This document shows positions 12,455 through 25,701 of a DNA stretch of 64,000 bases, one piece after another. Both the position numbers and the translations under genes were made by a program. The stretch's first letter is position 1, and every line of letters starts with the position of its first letter. Under the pieces are notes generated by a model. That model searched no databases and was not told the DNA's origin. It was given only the letters and a program-made list of their open reading frames with translations. Origin of the DNA: Tubulanus polymorphus (lineage: Eukaryota > Animalia > Nemertea); NCBI RefSeq assembly GCF_964204645.1, contig NC_134036.1:11387859-11451858 (forward strand). Reading direction: 5' to 3'.

Positions 12455-14448
12455 ATACCAAATGATACGATGATTAATTGAATAAACTTATCCAATCAAT
12501 AACGTATAATACGTGTATGTTATTGCAAATAAATATTCACTAATTCATTTCTGACCAAAGTGTAGATTACGATTGAGTTATTCTTTATTTACTGAACCAA
12601 TTTATATCCAGATTTTTGCTTTTAGTGCACTACTTCCACTACCACTTCCGCTACCACTACCAGTACTACGTTGGTGCACTACTACGGAAACCTCCATTCA
12701 GCTCATCAACGTAAACTGTGTGAACCGCTGTTCAATTTGATGGCATTTGGTTCTAGATTATTTTCCCTTTATACACCAGGTTTATGGAACACGCATAGTT
12801 TTACCGATTGTGATTCACTTTCTCTAGCAGTATAAGACTTATCTAAAGACACTTCTAAGACACTAAAGTACGGAGGCTTTCTCTAACACACTTCACAGAG
12901 GTTCATACGCGGAGAAAATAGGCCCCTAAAATATTTCCTCAATAGAAAGTATTTTTTCATTTTCACCTTTTACCTTCAATCATCAGGGTCGGGCCTACAC
13001 AACTAATGTTTGCTTCCGATGTGTTGTCTGTTAGGTGCTTGTTCTTTTATCACAGGAACGTCGACATGTATCACATTACACGTTTGACATGTATTATCAG
13101 AATATAGACGAGTTAGGCTGGTGTTTAATAACAGAACTTTATTTACTCTATGTACAACATAATTTACTGCCCACAGCGTGCGTGCGTGCAGCTTGACAAG
13201 AGAGGTAACACTGAATCACAAAACGTACAGGAAACGCCCACTGAAAAAGGCGCGAAAACGTGAAGCGTGTCGGAATACCGACACATATGTTATAAAACCA
13301 TCATGTTACAGGATAAAAACCACTCATTGAATGGCATAAACGCGGCCCAATAATCGAGCTTATCGTGCTCTTTTGCCGGATGATTTAAAGGAACGCTAGT
13401 AAAAGATGATAATGCGTGTTTGAAATTAAATTTCTCTCAGCTAGCGAAATTTCGCTGATAGCATTTTATTTTAGTGCAAAGCCATTGCAATATACAGCCC
13501 CTGCCACTACGAATCGATGGTGGCGAGGTAATCGGGTTTATCACATATCGTTATGAACAAAGCCGATAAAAAAGTGCTAGCGCTATAGATGGAAATTGAA
13601 AATGAATGAATTAACAAGATCGACAGGATCGACGAAACTGTTCCTCGATATTCAGGGATGATTCAGCCTGCTTTGTCTTGACCCCTGTCATCGTCTCCCT
13701 CTGGACCCGCACCTGCTCTCATTATACTTAGCCGTCAAAATTCTTGCGGTAGTTTTCCTGGTGGGCAGACGAAATTTAGACCCGCATGAAACATTCAGGG
13801 GTGGATACAGGATTTTTAAATGTGGGTAGTCTTCAACAGAGGTGGCTGACAGTAAACGTTATGAGGAGACTGTGACCAGCGAGTCACGCAGCAGTTAATG
13901 ATTTAAATAAGATGAATTGGGGAAACTTAGCACACATCATTTATCAAACATTCGTCATTATAATTTACATGTCATAGGACTGTAATTGGATATGGCAGGG
14001 ATGGGGAAAAATTCAGATAATTTTAATTTGGAAAATGACCGTTAACCGGACCCATATGCCACCCAGCGGAACGCCCGTAACCGAACGAAAAATAACCATC
14101 TTCTTAATTATTCTTCATTTACGGACAACAGAAGGTATTCGAAGTCAATGTGAAAAGATTTGCTGATCTTGCGCTAAGCCATGCTTGCTTGTGCAAAACC
14201 GGCGCGCTTTTACGGTGGCGAATACGATTCCTTACTTGAGTCAAGTATGACTTAGAGTGCCAATGACGTCTGCCGATTACCCCCTCCCTGCCTTATAATC
14301 ACTATGGTTTCGGGCTTTGTTTAAATAACTTAAAACTCGCGTTTTATTACCCCCAGTTTGTCGTTTGTCTTCTTTGTTTTCTTTACTTCCTTTGTTTTTC
14401 TGGTGTTTGTTGTTGAATTACTTAACGTTGAACCTTTGTCTGATTCCT

Positions 14449-14744
14449 CGATTCCTGGGTCCAGTTCCACAGTTCTGAGTTAAGATTTACCTCTGAGTTA
14501 ACTCATTGAAAAATGAACTAACTTTAACTCAGAGTTAACACTAACTCACAACTGAGGAACTGGGCCCTGAACTTCGCTGAAAAAGCTGAATCACTGAAAC
14601 GCTGAAACGACCGTTAAATTTCAGCGTTTTTGGGAATTCCCTGAAACTTCGGCGTTTTTCGGAAATTCCCTGAAATTTCAGCGTTTTGATTTCAGCGTTT
14701 CAGCTTTTCAGTGTTTCAGCTTTTTCAGCGAAGTTCAGGAACCG
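14449..14744. mobile_element. Mutator-type MITE (CGGTTCCTGAAC TIR family), left TIR interrupted
   Basis: TIRs shared with 32696-35038. 9-bp TSD ctgattcct / ccgattcct (8 of 9). Confidence 0.8.
14458..14566. mobile_element. Harbinger-type MITE of about 109 bp nested in the Mutator MITE
   Basis: TIR GGTCCAGTTCCACAGTT / AACTGAGGAACTGGGCC with 3-bp TSD CTG. Relatives at 58519-58626 and about 38593-38698. Confidence 0.8.
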
Positions 14745-15699
14745 CCGATTCCTCTATAAATATTCTTTTAATTTCATTGGGGCCAGTGTGCATACATGTT
14801 CTAAATCGAGACGACATCCTTTATATCAGAGCCTATATTAAAGCATGCAGAATTCGTTTAAGAGTCCGAGGCTTAATTATGAGAGTTGTTATACAATGAG
14901 TGCCTGGATTTAATTTGTTTCTAGTGCTGACATTCGGGAACCGCAATTTTTGGGGTTTCAGGGAAAGAGTACCAAAAGGAAAACAGGGATGTGACCCCCT
15001 TGCCACTCTCTTTTAATTCACAGTGGTACAGAATTGCTTCAATAATCACACACAATAATCAAGAAACCTTATCGACAAATTGATATAAATACCCTCCATA
15101 TACCCGTGCCTTTTAAACATCACTCAGAATGGCAACCAAAACGAAAAATACAGCGTCAGAAAAATTTATCAGGCAGCATTCAAGACCAAAATACCATGGG
15201 GAGAAATTCTGTCAAAAGTGATGAACCAATGGACTGAAACGATGTAGAAGGCGTACAATATACCACAAGTTATGTTAGTGACGACGATGTGGTGTTTAGC
15301 TGCAGCATTAACTGGTCCAACAACAACAGTTACCTGTGGTACTCACTACATCACCACATGCGACACAGGACGGCTATAGTGGCAAGACGGCTATATAAAC
15401 CAAGGTGATAGTGCACATTATCACAAGGGGTACAGTTCGTATTTGATGACTTCCTTGACTCGTATTCACAATACATCAACGAGAAGTTGTAGTGGGCTTG
15501 ATTGGAAGCGCTATCTATCATTGTATCGGTGTCATTAACAATAAATTGTAAATCGTATTGAGGAGAGTACTTCCGGTTACATGGCGTGCGCGGTCGTCGC
15601 GGTTTATGATAATAAAATTGGTACGATGTCTGGTCATCGTGTGTTGTAGTTATTTGTCTGTCGCTGTCATCGGAGGACATCGGTCACACTGACGGAACC

Positions 15700-16197
15700 C
15701 TACAACCTTGACATTAATGACACAAAAATAATTAACCTAATCTCTAAATTTAGATGCGGCAGTCACGATCTTAGCATTGGAACAGGTAGATGGACCAGGC
15801 CCTTAACGCCGAGAGAAAACCGCACTTGTACAACTTGCTCCACTGACGAAATTGAGGACGAATATCACGTTCTCATGTCCTGCCCCTCATACAACTCGCT
15901 TCGAAGTAATCTCTTACCTCGTTATTTTAGAACGCATGGCATTCTAGCATTGCAAAATTTATTCAACTTCTAACTACTAATTCAATCGGAAAACTTAGAT
16001 CTGTTGGAAGATGTTTGATCTCAAGGTAATGCTTCGAGGCGACGAAACCGAGTAAAAATAGCTACCCCCATCTACTTGATATTTCTGTTTTTTTCAACTT
16101 GTAATTTTGTATTAAATTATTTTGTTAAGATTTGTAATTTTGATTATCTGTCATACAAGTGTAGTACACACTTTGATTAAGAATAAACTACTACTAC
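15700..16197 (+). mobile_element. LINE 3' end with CCHC zinc knuckle (RTE-X-like)
   Basis: SKFRCGSHDLSIGTGRW...RTCTTCSTDEIEDEYHVLMSCPSYNSLR, then AATAAA and a (CTA)n tail at about 16182-16197. Confidence 0.8.
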
Positions 16198-16369
16198 ATA
16201 AATCATTAATTGTTCTTTAATTGGAATATTTTCCCGTATAACTATCAGCTAATTGAACCTAATATTACAATTTAGGATTTATTCAAATTGCAAGATCTTA
16301 TTCATCAACACTGCGTGGACATATAATTCGCATTTCAATTCGTGTCTCAATGGTGACCTTTTCGGTTTC

Positions 16370-18084
16370 TCCTCTGACGATGCCAACTTAACGCTCTCGT
16401 CGCTGTAATTAGTAATAGTAATAATAATAGTATGGTAGGCCTATATCTTCTGTGCTATTTCCGTAATTTTACTCCGAGATGTTGTTTCTACTGACCATGA
16501 AAATCACCTGTATTCAGTAACTCCTTTTTCGAACGAACGCGCGGTCGTTTCATCTTCTTGACGTCGCCTCTGAATTTCGACTCTTTGAGTTCGCGTCACC
16601 GACATTTTGAATTTGGCGCGCAGTCGTTGATTAACGACAACGCTCGTCGTTAACTATTTGACGCTCCGTCGTATAATTCTTATCGTTGATTGAAGACAAC
16701 GCTCGTCGTTAACTATTTGACGCTCCGTCGTATAATTCTTATCGTTGATTGAAGACAACGCTCGTCGTTAACTATTTGACGCTCCGTCGTATAATTCTTA
16801 TCGTTGATTGAAGACAACGCTCGTCGTTAACTATTTGACGCTCCGTCGTATAATTCTTATCGTTGATTGAAGACAACGCTCGTCGTTAACTATTTGACGC
16901 TCCGTCGTATAATTCTTATCGTTGATTAACGACAACGCTCGTCGTTAACTATTTGACGCTCCGTCGTATAATTCATATCGTTGATTATCGACCACGCTCG
17001 TCGTTAACTATTTGACGCTCCGTCGTATAATTCTTATCGTTGATTGAAGACAACGCTCGTCGTTAACTATTTGACGCTCCGTCGTATAATTCTTATCGTT
17101 GATTAACGACAACGCTCGTCGTTAACTACTTGACGCTCCGTCGTTAACATCTTAATCGTTGATTAGCTTCGACGCTCGTTTACTGAGACCTAAGTTATAT
17201 TAGATACACACCGGAGTCCGCCGCGCCACCGCTTCTATTTGACGTTCGGTCGTCTCCTTTGTATGCTACCGTACATTGACTGTACCAAGGCTTTGCAAGC
17301 CATGAAGGGCACATTCTTTTTATATATCGAAATGTAAATAATCAAGGTGTTTTGCGTGTGGACATGATGTCCCCTTGGCATCAAGAACGATGAACTTTGT
17401 ATTATAAGAAAATATATATATTTAATAATTCGTACTACATTCCAATCAAACTTCGAATCTTGCGTTTATTTGATTCGCCGGCACTGGAAGGAAGGACGAG
17501 GATTTCTGTTTGTTTTCCTGCTGCATCGAACCCATTTAGTTCTACGTGAGGATCGTTCCCCTATTGACCGTCGCTACAGACAACACTTATGCATACGACT
17601 AGTTTGACAGATCTGGCATGAGTCGCAATTAGCTCCTGAGATGACGGGGGACAGCTATGTGCGAGAGGGCACTTGGAATGGGGGTAGCCATATCCGCCGA
17701 GTAATCAACACTGCGAGTTTCGTCCGAGGAAAGCCCCTCAAGCGGATTACTCTGAGGAGAGCGGGTTGGGGGTCTGTATTGGCCACACAGATTAAGGCTA
17801 CGTGGAGTAGGGAGGCGACTGTTTGGAGGAGAGCGTACTGCTTAAGCGCCCTTTTTAGCGACATTTTTTAATAGAGGAACCGATTCTACATATTTTATAT
17901 CATTTACTTTCCTGGGGAAGACAAGTCTCCTTGCCGTATTCACTACCCGAGTGCGGTCGACCCAGGCGGACCCGTGTTGCGAGCGCCCCAGCACAGCAGA
18001 GTGACTACGACTACGCTACCTATGGACAACAGCAGTCACTACCTGAATTACTATTTTTTTTATGTTTACACTACAACCGCTACA
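16370..18084 (+). mobile_element. Non-coding repeat element, copy 2 (truncated)
   Basis: Near-identical to RC 61177-63247; same ACA terminus. Confidence 0.9.
16624..17165. repeat. 59-bp tandem array, about 9 units
   Basis: Unit gttgattgaagacaacgctcgtcgttaactatttgacgctccgtcgtataattcttatc shifts one base per 60-nt line. Confidence 0.95.
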
Positions 18085-19192
18085 ACACAATGGACTGGTA
18101 ACTTGTTTGGCAGTCGGCGGCAACAAAAAGTGTCTAGATGTAGAAGTTCTCTCGGACAAATGCAAATCTTGCCAAAATATGAACAGTACAACCGTAGACA
18201 AAGAGTCTTTATCTTACAGAAACTGGTTAGCAACTCATCCTCCAGTGTGTAAGATAAATCATAAAGGCTCTGCCAGCAGCATGGAAAATGTTGGTGCCGT
18301 TCGAATCTTCACTCGATCCGAAATAAACCGAGGTCTTCGATACACAAAAATGTTAGGCGATGGGGATTCCTCAACATTTGCGAAAGTCCAAGAGTGTCAA
18401 CCATATGGTCCTGATGTTTCTTTGGAGAAATTAGAGTGTCTTGGCCATGTCCAGAAGAGATGCGGAACAAGGTGTCGAACCCTAAAAACAAACTGGCGGG
18501 GCAAAAAATTGTCAGATGGTAAAGGTTTAAGCGGACGTGGTCGTCTAACAGATACCAAGATAGATATCTTACAGAACTATTTTGGCATTGCATTGCGAAA
18601 CAATCATGAATCTGTCCCTGCAATGCAGAAAGCGGTGTGGGCGAGTCTCAGACATGTTGCCTCTACCGATGAGGTTCCACTTCACGATCTGTGTCCTATC
18701 GGTGAGGACTCCTGGTGTGGTTTTGTCAAGGACAAAGACACATATAAGCATAGACATGGCCTAGCAGAACCTATATACAAGCTGCTAGAGCCAGTTTATG
18801 CAGATCTTTCAAAAGAAGATCTGCTTAAAAAGTGTCTGCATGGTGAAACACAAAATGGAAATGAACGTTTAAATGGATGCGTCTGGGAGCGTGTGCCCAA
18901 AACCGTGTATGTTGAGCGAGAAGTTATCGAAATCGGTGTGTATTCAGCTGTTTGTAACTATAATGATGGAGCTAATGTGTGTATAAAACTATTTGAAGAT
19001 ATGGATATTCTTCCTGGACGTTTTACTATTAAAGCTTGTTCTGTCGACGACACATCACGGTTGAATGAGTCGATCCGAAAATCTAGCGAACCCGTTAAAA
19101 ACCGCAGAAAAACTTTAAGAGCAGTGCGAAAGGGTTATCTCGATAAAGCAGAGGAACATGAAGGCATTACATATGCTCCCGGTGCATTTTAA
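18062..19192 (+). CDS. N-terminally truncated DDE transposase, PF20700 Mutator-like / Kolobok-type
   Basis: CKINHKGSASSME, RYTKMLGDGDS, KLECLGHVQKR, LSDGKGLSGRGRLTD, HDLCPIGEDSWC, TQNGNE and terminal YAPGAF. The first 8 codons come from element copy 2. Confidence 0.9.
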   Translation: MFTLQPLQHNGLVTCLAVGGNKKCLDVEVLSDKCKSCQNMNSTTVDKESLSYRNWLATHPPVCKINHKGSASSMENVGAVRIFTRSEINRGLRYTKMLGDGDSSTFAKVQECQPYGPDVSLEKLECLGHVQKRCGTRCRTLKTNWRGKKLSDGKGLSGRGRLTDTKIDILQNYFGIALRNNHESVPAMQKAVWASLRHVASTDEVPLHDLCPIGEDSWCGFVKDKDTYKHRHGLAEPIYKLLEPVYADLSKEDLLKKCLHGETQNGNERLNGCVWERVPKTVYVEREVIEIGVYSAVCNYNDGANVCIKLFEDMDILPGRFTIKACSVDDTSRLNESIRKSSEPVKNRRKTLRAVRKGYLDKAEEHEGITYAPGAF

Positions 19193-19790
19193 GAGACTTT
19201 ATATCGTTTTTCATTTATGTATTGCTATAACCATTTAATACAAGCTTTTATCACTAATTTTCTCATTTGTAATTTTTGGTGTGACTTCGGAAATAGAAAT
19301 AGTCATAAAACATTTATTTTCTAAAGAAACTTGTCCAAACTTTCAGAGAACGTAGAAAATAACTTTATCTAGTGCCTGTACCACTTTGACAGTGATACAA
19401 GTACAAATGTGCCATTGATAAGACATGTGCATATTAATTAGGTGACAGAAATTTTGAAATTCAATCTTGGGGAATAAATTATTGGATGAGCAAAAATTCC
19501 TTGGGAGTTCAGTAACCAAAGTGGTACAGGCACTAGATATGATTATTTGAAACAAATAACAGTTTACAGAATGAAGTTACCTCAACTTTTTTCGAAATGA
19601 GGGCTGTTTTATTGATACCCTGATATTTGTCACTTTCATATGCAAATTAGGTCATATTTGCATAATCAGGTCAAGATTGGAAAATTCTCAAGTTTGATAA
19701 ATTACATTTTCTATACCAATTAGATATATATCAGGTTGAATGGGGTAACTCCTTTATTAAAGGAAATAGAATTTGTGGGGTACTACCACC
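18085..19790 (+). mobile_element. Right arm of a Kolobok-like DNA transposon
   Basis: Transposase followed by about 600 nt ending ...tactaccacc|TTAA (19791-19794), the terminus/TSD pattern of Kolobok. Left arm not present. Confidence 0.55.
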
Positions 19791-20294
19791 TTAACAGAAA
19801 AAAAAGATACAGCACACGAAAAGTAAGCGGCACTTTGAATGGAAAAATATGTCATGGGTAAGTAAACCTTTAATGACGGGACGGTGTCTCAAAAGCACAT
19901 TTCCGCATAACAGGGATTATTCAGGCAATAACAATCTTACCTATCTAGAAGCAGTACATATTTATAGCAAGTATCCTATGTGCAAAAGAATAAAATACAG
20001 ATATCACGAGGGTGATGCAGCTAATTATATATCATCGGGGTAATATGACATGATACAGAACATACCGATGGCCACAGCAGACAAGCAGATTAGTAAAAAG
20101 TTGGATGATAAACATTGATAAAGGACACAATATCACAAGTGTAACCACAAAATCCAATACTGCAGTAAACGACAATGCAGAGTATGTAACCTGCAGAACT
20201 TATATACGGGGAATTAACACCAATAAAACATTTCCAGAACACTCCAAATTACTCGATTCTCTCGACGTATCGGAGTGAGACACACGGACAACTA

Positions 20295-20770
20295 CAGTAG
20301 AACTGGCCCAAGTCGGACGGCTTTAAATAGGAAAATCAGCAAAATCGGCCGAATCCAAGGACCCGATTTTTTCAGTTCATTTTTTCTATCAAAATCTGTC
20401 TCATAGTTAGAAATTCGACTAAGTCGGCTAGAATATATGTTCCGAAGGTTTCAAAGCAATGCATTTTTCAATCTCTAAGTCAGTCGTCCAATTTCAGTTA
20501 TTTCTAAACAAATCGAAACCGGCGCGCATCGTATTATACACCGGTAGATCGATTTTTCTTTTGACGGACATACATGTTTGCAATTGTAGTCGGCTATATA
20601 ATAGACCCCGTGCACCCAGTTGTTAGGGTTAGGGTCTTTACTATTAGAAGCTAACTCGGATTTTTCTTAGAAAACCCCAAAAACCCGACTTACTCATAAC
20701 ATAATCGGAATTTTTCTGAGTCGGACATTTGACCGTGGTCCTAGCGTGACCGACTTACTACTTACTACTG
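20295..20770. mobile_element. Tc1/mariner-pogo-type MITE
   Basis: TA|CAGTAG...aagtcgg and ccgactt...CTACTG|TA; TIRs otherwise degenerate. Confidence 0.5.
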
Positions 20771-21197
20771 TAACACATGTATATAAAATGAACGCAATAT
20801 TTTGGCGTTACACTTCGTGGCTCGAGTACACGATTGATGTACATGCTACTGGAATAATACGCGCAGTATCCAAAGGTATGAGATCTGTAGACATAATAAG
20901 ACTGACTGGAACAGGTCGAGTTAGAGTTATAATGTATGTATCTAAGAACGGACCAATAACTCATAAACATCAACAACAGATCGAAACGTTAGTCGAAATC
21001 GGGAAATAATTTGATATCGTCGACTCCCGGACAAACAGACAAGAGAAAAGTGAACGCACACAAGCCAATTGCAAAGTAGGTGTACCAGGGATCTTAAGAA
21101 AATGGTCATGAAGCCGATGTTTTTCTTTCATCTACCCATGTTTTCGTTTATGTACGTCACCGTTGGCAACAAAAGACAATCTAAAACATCGACGTTA

Positions 21198-21417
21198 GGC
21201 TAAAAAAAATTGATACCTTGTTTCTCCGCTCTGCTGAGCTTAAATGTTGACCCGGCCGGCCGCCTATCTACCCTATACATTACTTTTTTTTAAATCGTGA
21301 TCAATTTTACCATAACAGACCCGGACGCTATAGAAATGAACTGTTTATAAATTTTATCATATTTTACAAAACTGACCCGGCCGCTGCGGAGAAACAAGGT
21401 ATCATTTTTATTCAGCC
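21198..21417. mobile_element. MITE with TIRs of about 35 bp and TTA TSD (PIF/Harbinger-like)
   Basis: tta|ggctaaaaaaaattgataccttgtttctccgc ... gcggagaaacaaggtatcatttttattcagcc|tta. Confidence 0.75.
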
Positions 21418-23084
21418 TTATCATGCAGCATTAGACACAGATCAACATCGGCTTTAGCTAGTGGAATTTTAATTCACTTTCTTAGCCCGCTGCAACCTTG
21501 AATTTTACCACATTTCAACGATGACTTTGTGAATTTAGTCGTATGCCAGCTTAATTGAAGTTATACTGAATATCCGAAAAGGTGCTATCAAAATGCAATC
21601 AGTATTTTTTCTACCTTTTTTTCTATGTGCTAGCAATGTTGATTTTTCAAGGCCAAGTCTGACAAAAATCCAATTTCCGGAAAAGACCCAAATATCAGTT
21701 TATTAACATATATTCATTGCTTTGTGTTTTTAACAGGTGTCATCTAAGAACTGAACTATTCGGTGTAGCATGTGAGGTAGAGGATATACAATTAGGCCAA
21801 ATTATTTTATTTTTACCAACAACAGTAGGTGATATTAAAAACAAAAACACATTTACGGTTTAGGACGCTTTTACGGTCCAGCATCGCCTGCTGCTTGAGG
21901 AGCGAGAAACATTCAATGTATCCATCAATCAATACATTATGCCTACACTTGATATCTTAACTAGATATTTGTAAACATCGTGGAAGTAATCCGTCGGTAA
22001 TTTCAGTTGTCATAAAGTAGAATAGAAGAACGTTTCTATAATCGATAAAGAATTAGTGCATGTAAGTTTTCTTATTAACCCTTTTACCCGATAAAGCATC
22101 AGTAAAGCCCCATACACACTACGTTATTTTCGCAGCGAATTTATTCGCACAGCGTGTTTCCCAGAATGCGCGAGTGTCAGCGTAAAGCTAGCTACATATA
22201 TTTGCTCACCGTTTGTTTAGGGACCTACCTTATGGTTGATACAGTACACGGCCCAATGAGCCAATGAGAGATTCAGCAACGCTAGAACGATTATTTTAGA
22301 GCCACCTTCATCATCGATGTTTGTTCCTAGCTTATGTACCAAAAATCGACTCTTAACGCACTGGTGATCACTGAACAATTGTTTTGTGGAGAAAAAAATC
22401 GATCGACCTGAAGTACGGCCTCGAAACTTTAGGGAGACCCGGGAGAAGTTATTTCCAGAATTTGGCGCAAAAAATTAGTCGTTCATATAGGGACCAATAT
22501 GCGCGAGACGGCTGCGCGCGGTTGAATCAGTCAGGTTGATACACACGCCACTCTTTGGCCGATACAGTAACTTCTCGAAGTAATTTAGAGCGATCGACGC
22601 ATTAAATCCGCTCAAGACAGTAGTTTAACTGCGTTTAGGCAATACATTTAGTTCAGCGTTCTCACTATAAGAATAGCCGTGTGCTGTCGTATGTGTCTAA
22701 CACCCTAGATTTAACAATCTAAAATATACATGAATCACCTACGTTCCGCTTGGTCTTTATTACTTCAGATCAGTAGAAAACATCGTAATCAACAGTAACA
22801 GTTACAAGAAAATTATTGTGTTAACTTGGGATGATTCGTATCCGTGGAAGATAGTTAATTATTGATTGTATACACTATAATCTAGAGAACCATAAAACTC
22901 AATGGAATATCATTTTTCAATCTTCCGTACACAAATTATCCTTATATGAAAATAAATAGTACTTCAATGTACTGTATATTTATTTAGTAGTATAAAAATA
23001 GTGGATCAGCAGGCCACCTGAGACCAATCTACGACCTAAGGTCAGTTGCCTAAAGTTGTTTGGAGTTTACCAGTGGATTGTTAA

Positions 23085-23450
23085 TATTTAGGGTTTTCTG
23101 TTATTTCACAGAAAACCCTATTGATATCCGCGTGATTATTATTAGGGTTTTCTGTTATTTCACAGAAAACCCTATTGATATCCGCGTGATTATCGAAAAT
23201 TTAGCCCCATTCAATGGGGCGACATGTTTTTCGAGTCGTCATCCCGAAATCAACCCGCAGGCCGACTGTCACTTCGATTATCAATTCAAGTATAAATGAA
23301 CTAATTTATTGCCGCAGACTTCAAATTCAGTCGCGGTCTTCAAACAGTGATTTTAACAATAGCCCATTTTCCTCATCAAATCATATTACCGATACACTGG
23401 AAATTTACTACTTTAGATTTTAAAAGCACTGTCGAGCCGTAAACATCGAC
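23085..23450 (+). mobile_element. HINE/Helentron-type element with tandemly duplicated terminal hairpin
   Basis: Hairpin agggttttctg..cagaaaaccct occurs twice (53-bp duplication). Both ends match RC 42677-42893. Confidence 0.55.
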
Positions 23451-24263
23451 GAATCGACGTGTGTTACTACATCGTCGTTCCGGGGATCAGCTGCGAGTTT
23501 CTCCTCATCATGAGAATCAAATCGAGTACAAATTAATTTATTACTACCAGTGATTTGCCTGCAGGTTTCATGGAGTTAGTATAACAATACCTATTTTTCT
23601 TTACCGAATTAACCGTGTATTTACTAAGATAAATCTTTAGTGTACCGGGGAATCGTAGGCCTAAACTAAACACGCCGAAGAGATATAGCGGAGAAAAGCA
23701 GTTATGTCGACGAGGTATCAAAATAAAAGAATATATTACTTTATTCGGCCGCGGGCTTCAACCTCTATATCAATACCATCAATACTCTATATTTCCTACA
23801 GTACATACCGATCATTGTCAAATGCACAAGGTATTTACTAAATACAAGTATATAACACACTCCTATCCGTATGCTGGACTCACACTTGACATTCGGAGTA
23901 AGCGTTCGCTGTGGGGGAAAGGGATCGTTCGCTGTGTCGCTTGAAGTGTTTATCGAGTTTGACGCGGCTTTAGGCCTACCGGTACTGAGCTTTACTGTAT
24001 CAAACAAACACAGTACAATTGTTGCGTTTATTAACGGACTCATTGGATTGAACTTCAAAACAAAATTTACGATATTTAGGTGGGTTGTTAAATTCAATAG
24101 GCCTACGACCAATCTGTCCGGATGTTAGGCCTACGCATATACATAGGCCTACATAGGCTAGTAGCCTCTACTAGATTAAGCGTTCGCTGTGGGGGAAAGG
24201 AGATCGTTCGCTGTGTCGCTTGAAGTGTTTATCGAGTTTTACGTACGCGACCTTAAGGCTTTA

Positions 24264-25200
24264 GTATGGTGGCTGATAAGGGCCATGCGTAAAAAAACAC
24301 GTATATGCAAATGAGGGCGACATTATGACAAAACGACAAAACTGAAATAACGCGACAAAACAATAATTTTGGTTTTGTCGCCCGCGACAATTCATTATTT
24401 TGGTTTTATCGCCCGCGAAATTCATTATTTTGGTTTTATCGCCCGCGACAATTCATTAATTTGGTTTTATCGCCCGCGACAATTCATTAATTTGGTTTTG
24501 TCACCCGCGACAATTCAAGATTTTGGTTTTTCTGCGACGACAATTCATTCTTTGGATTTGTCGCCCGCGACAATTCAATACTTTAATTTTATCGCCAGCG
24601 ACAATTCATTATTTTGGTTTTATCGCCCGCGACAATTCATTATTTTGGTTTTATCGCCCGCGACAATTCATTAATTTGGTTTTGTCACCCGGAACAAAAC
24701 AATATTTTGGTTTTGCCGCCCACGACAATTCAATATTCTGGTTTTATCACCCGCGACAATTCATTATTTTGGTTTTATCGCCCGCGACAATTCATTATTT
24801 TGGTTTTGTCGCACGCGACAATAGCGACAATTCAATATTTTGGTTTTATCGCCCGCGACAATTCATTATTTTGGTTTTATCGCCTGCGACAATTTTTTTT
24901 TTGGTTTTATCGCCTACGACAATTTATTATTTTGGTTTTATCGCCCACAACAATTCATTAGTTTGGTTTTGTTGCCCGCGACAATTGAATATTTTGGTTT
25001 TGTCGCCCGCGACAATTCATTATTTTGGTTTTATCGCCCGCGACAATTCATTTTTTTGGTTTTGTCGCCCGCGACAATTCAATATTTTGGTTTTATCGAC
25101 AGCGACAATTGATTATTTTGGTTTTATCGCCCGCGACAATCGATTATTTTGATTTTATCGCCCGCGACAATTAATTTTTTTGGTTTTTTGTCGCCCACAT
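24264..25200. repeat. 31-bp minisatellite (about 27 units, 24355-25200) behind a transposon-like terminus
   Basis: Unit cgcccgcgacaattcattattttggttttat. The 5' flank tatggtggctgataagggcca matches RC tggccctgatcagccaccata at about 36299-36319. Confidence 0.9.
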
Positions 25201-25286
25201 TATTAGCTTTTGAATAATTAGGCCAATAAATAACGTAATAAAGACTTATGCTTTCGCCTATTTTGAAGTCGATTAATCTGATATAG

Positions 25287-25701
25287 TACGGAAGCGATAA
25301 AGGGCCTCGAGTTGTCGCGTTCAAACTCGACAAGTCGCCATATTTATGTCGATATATCGCGATATATCGCGTCAAGTCCACATGAATATGTCTCCATATC
25401 GTGACGTTTTCACGACAAATTTCGCTTATTTGCTCATTTTCCACGGGACAAGCCGTCTTTGAAGACATGTCTAAATGTAAGATGAGGACGCCAGTAATAT
25501 GACGACTGAGTTTCAAGTCGTCATGAATATGTCGACTTGTCGCGAGGAAAATGGTTGAGAAAACGAAATATGTCGTCAAAACGTCACGATATATCGACAT
25601 ATTCATGTCGACTTGACGCGATATATCGCGGTATGTCGACAATAATATGGTGACTTGTCGAGTTGGAACGCGTCATCTCGAGGCCCCTTATCGCTTCCGT
25701 A
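25287..25701. mobile_element. MITE with long TIRs (about 100 bp); internally deleted partial inverted copy at 25799-25955
   Basis: TACGGAAGCGATAAAGGGCCTCGAG...CTCGAGGCCCCTTATCGCTTCCGTA flanked by the direct repeat GATATAG. Confidence 0.8.

Noticed and set aside
13089-13285. Short solo LTR (TGT...ACA)
   Set aside because: No TSD and no second copy in the window.
24369-25152. Three overlapping repetitive ORFs
   Set aside because: Translations of the 31-bp minisatellite.
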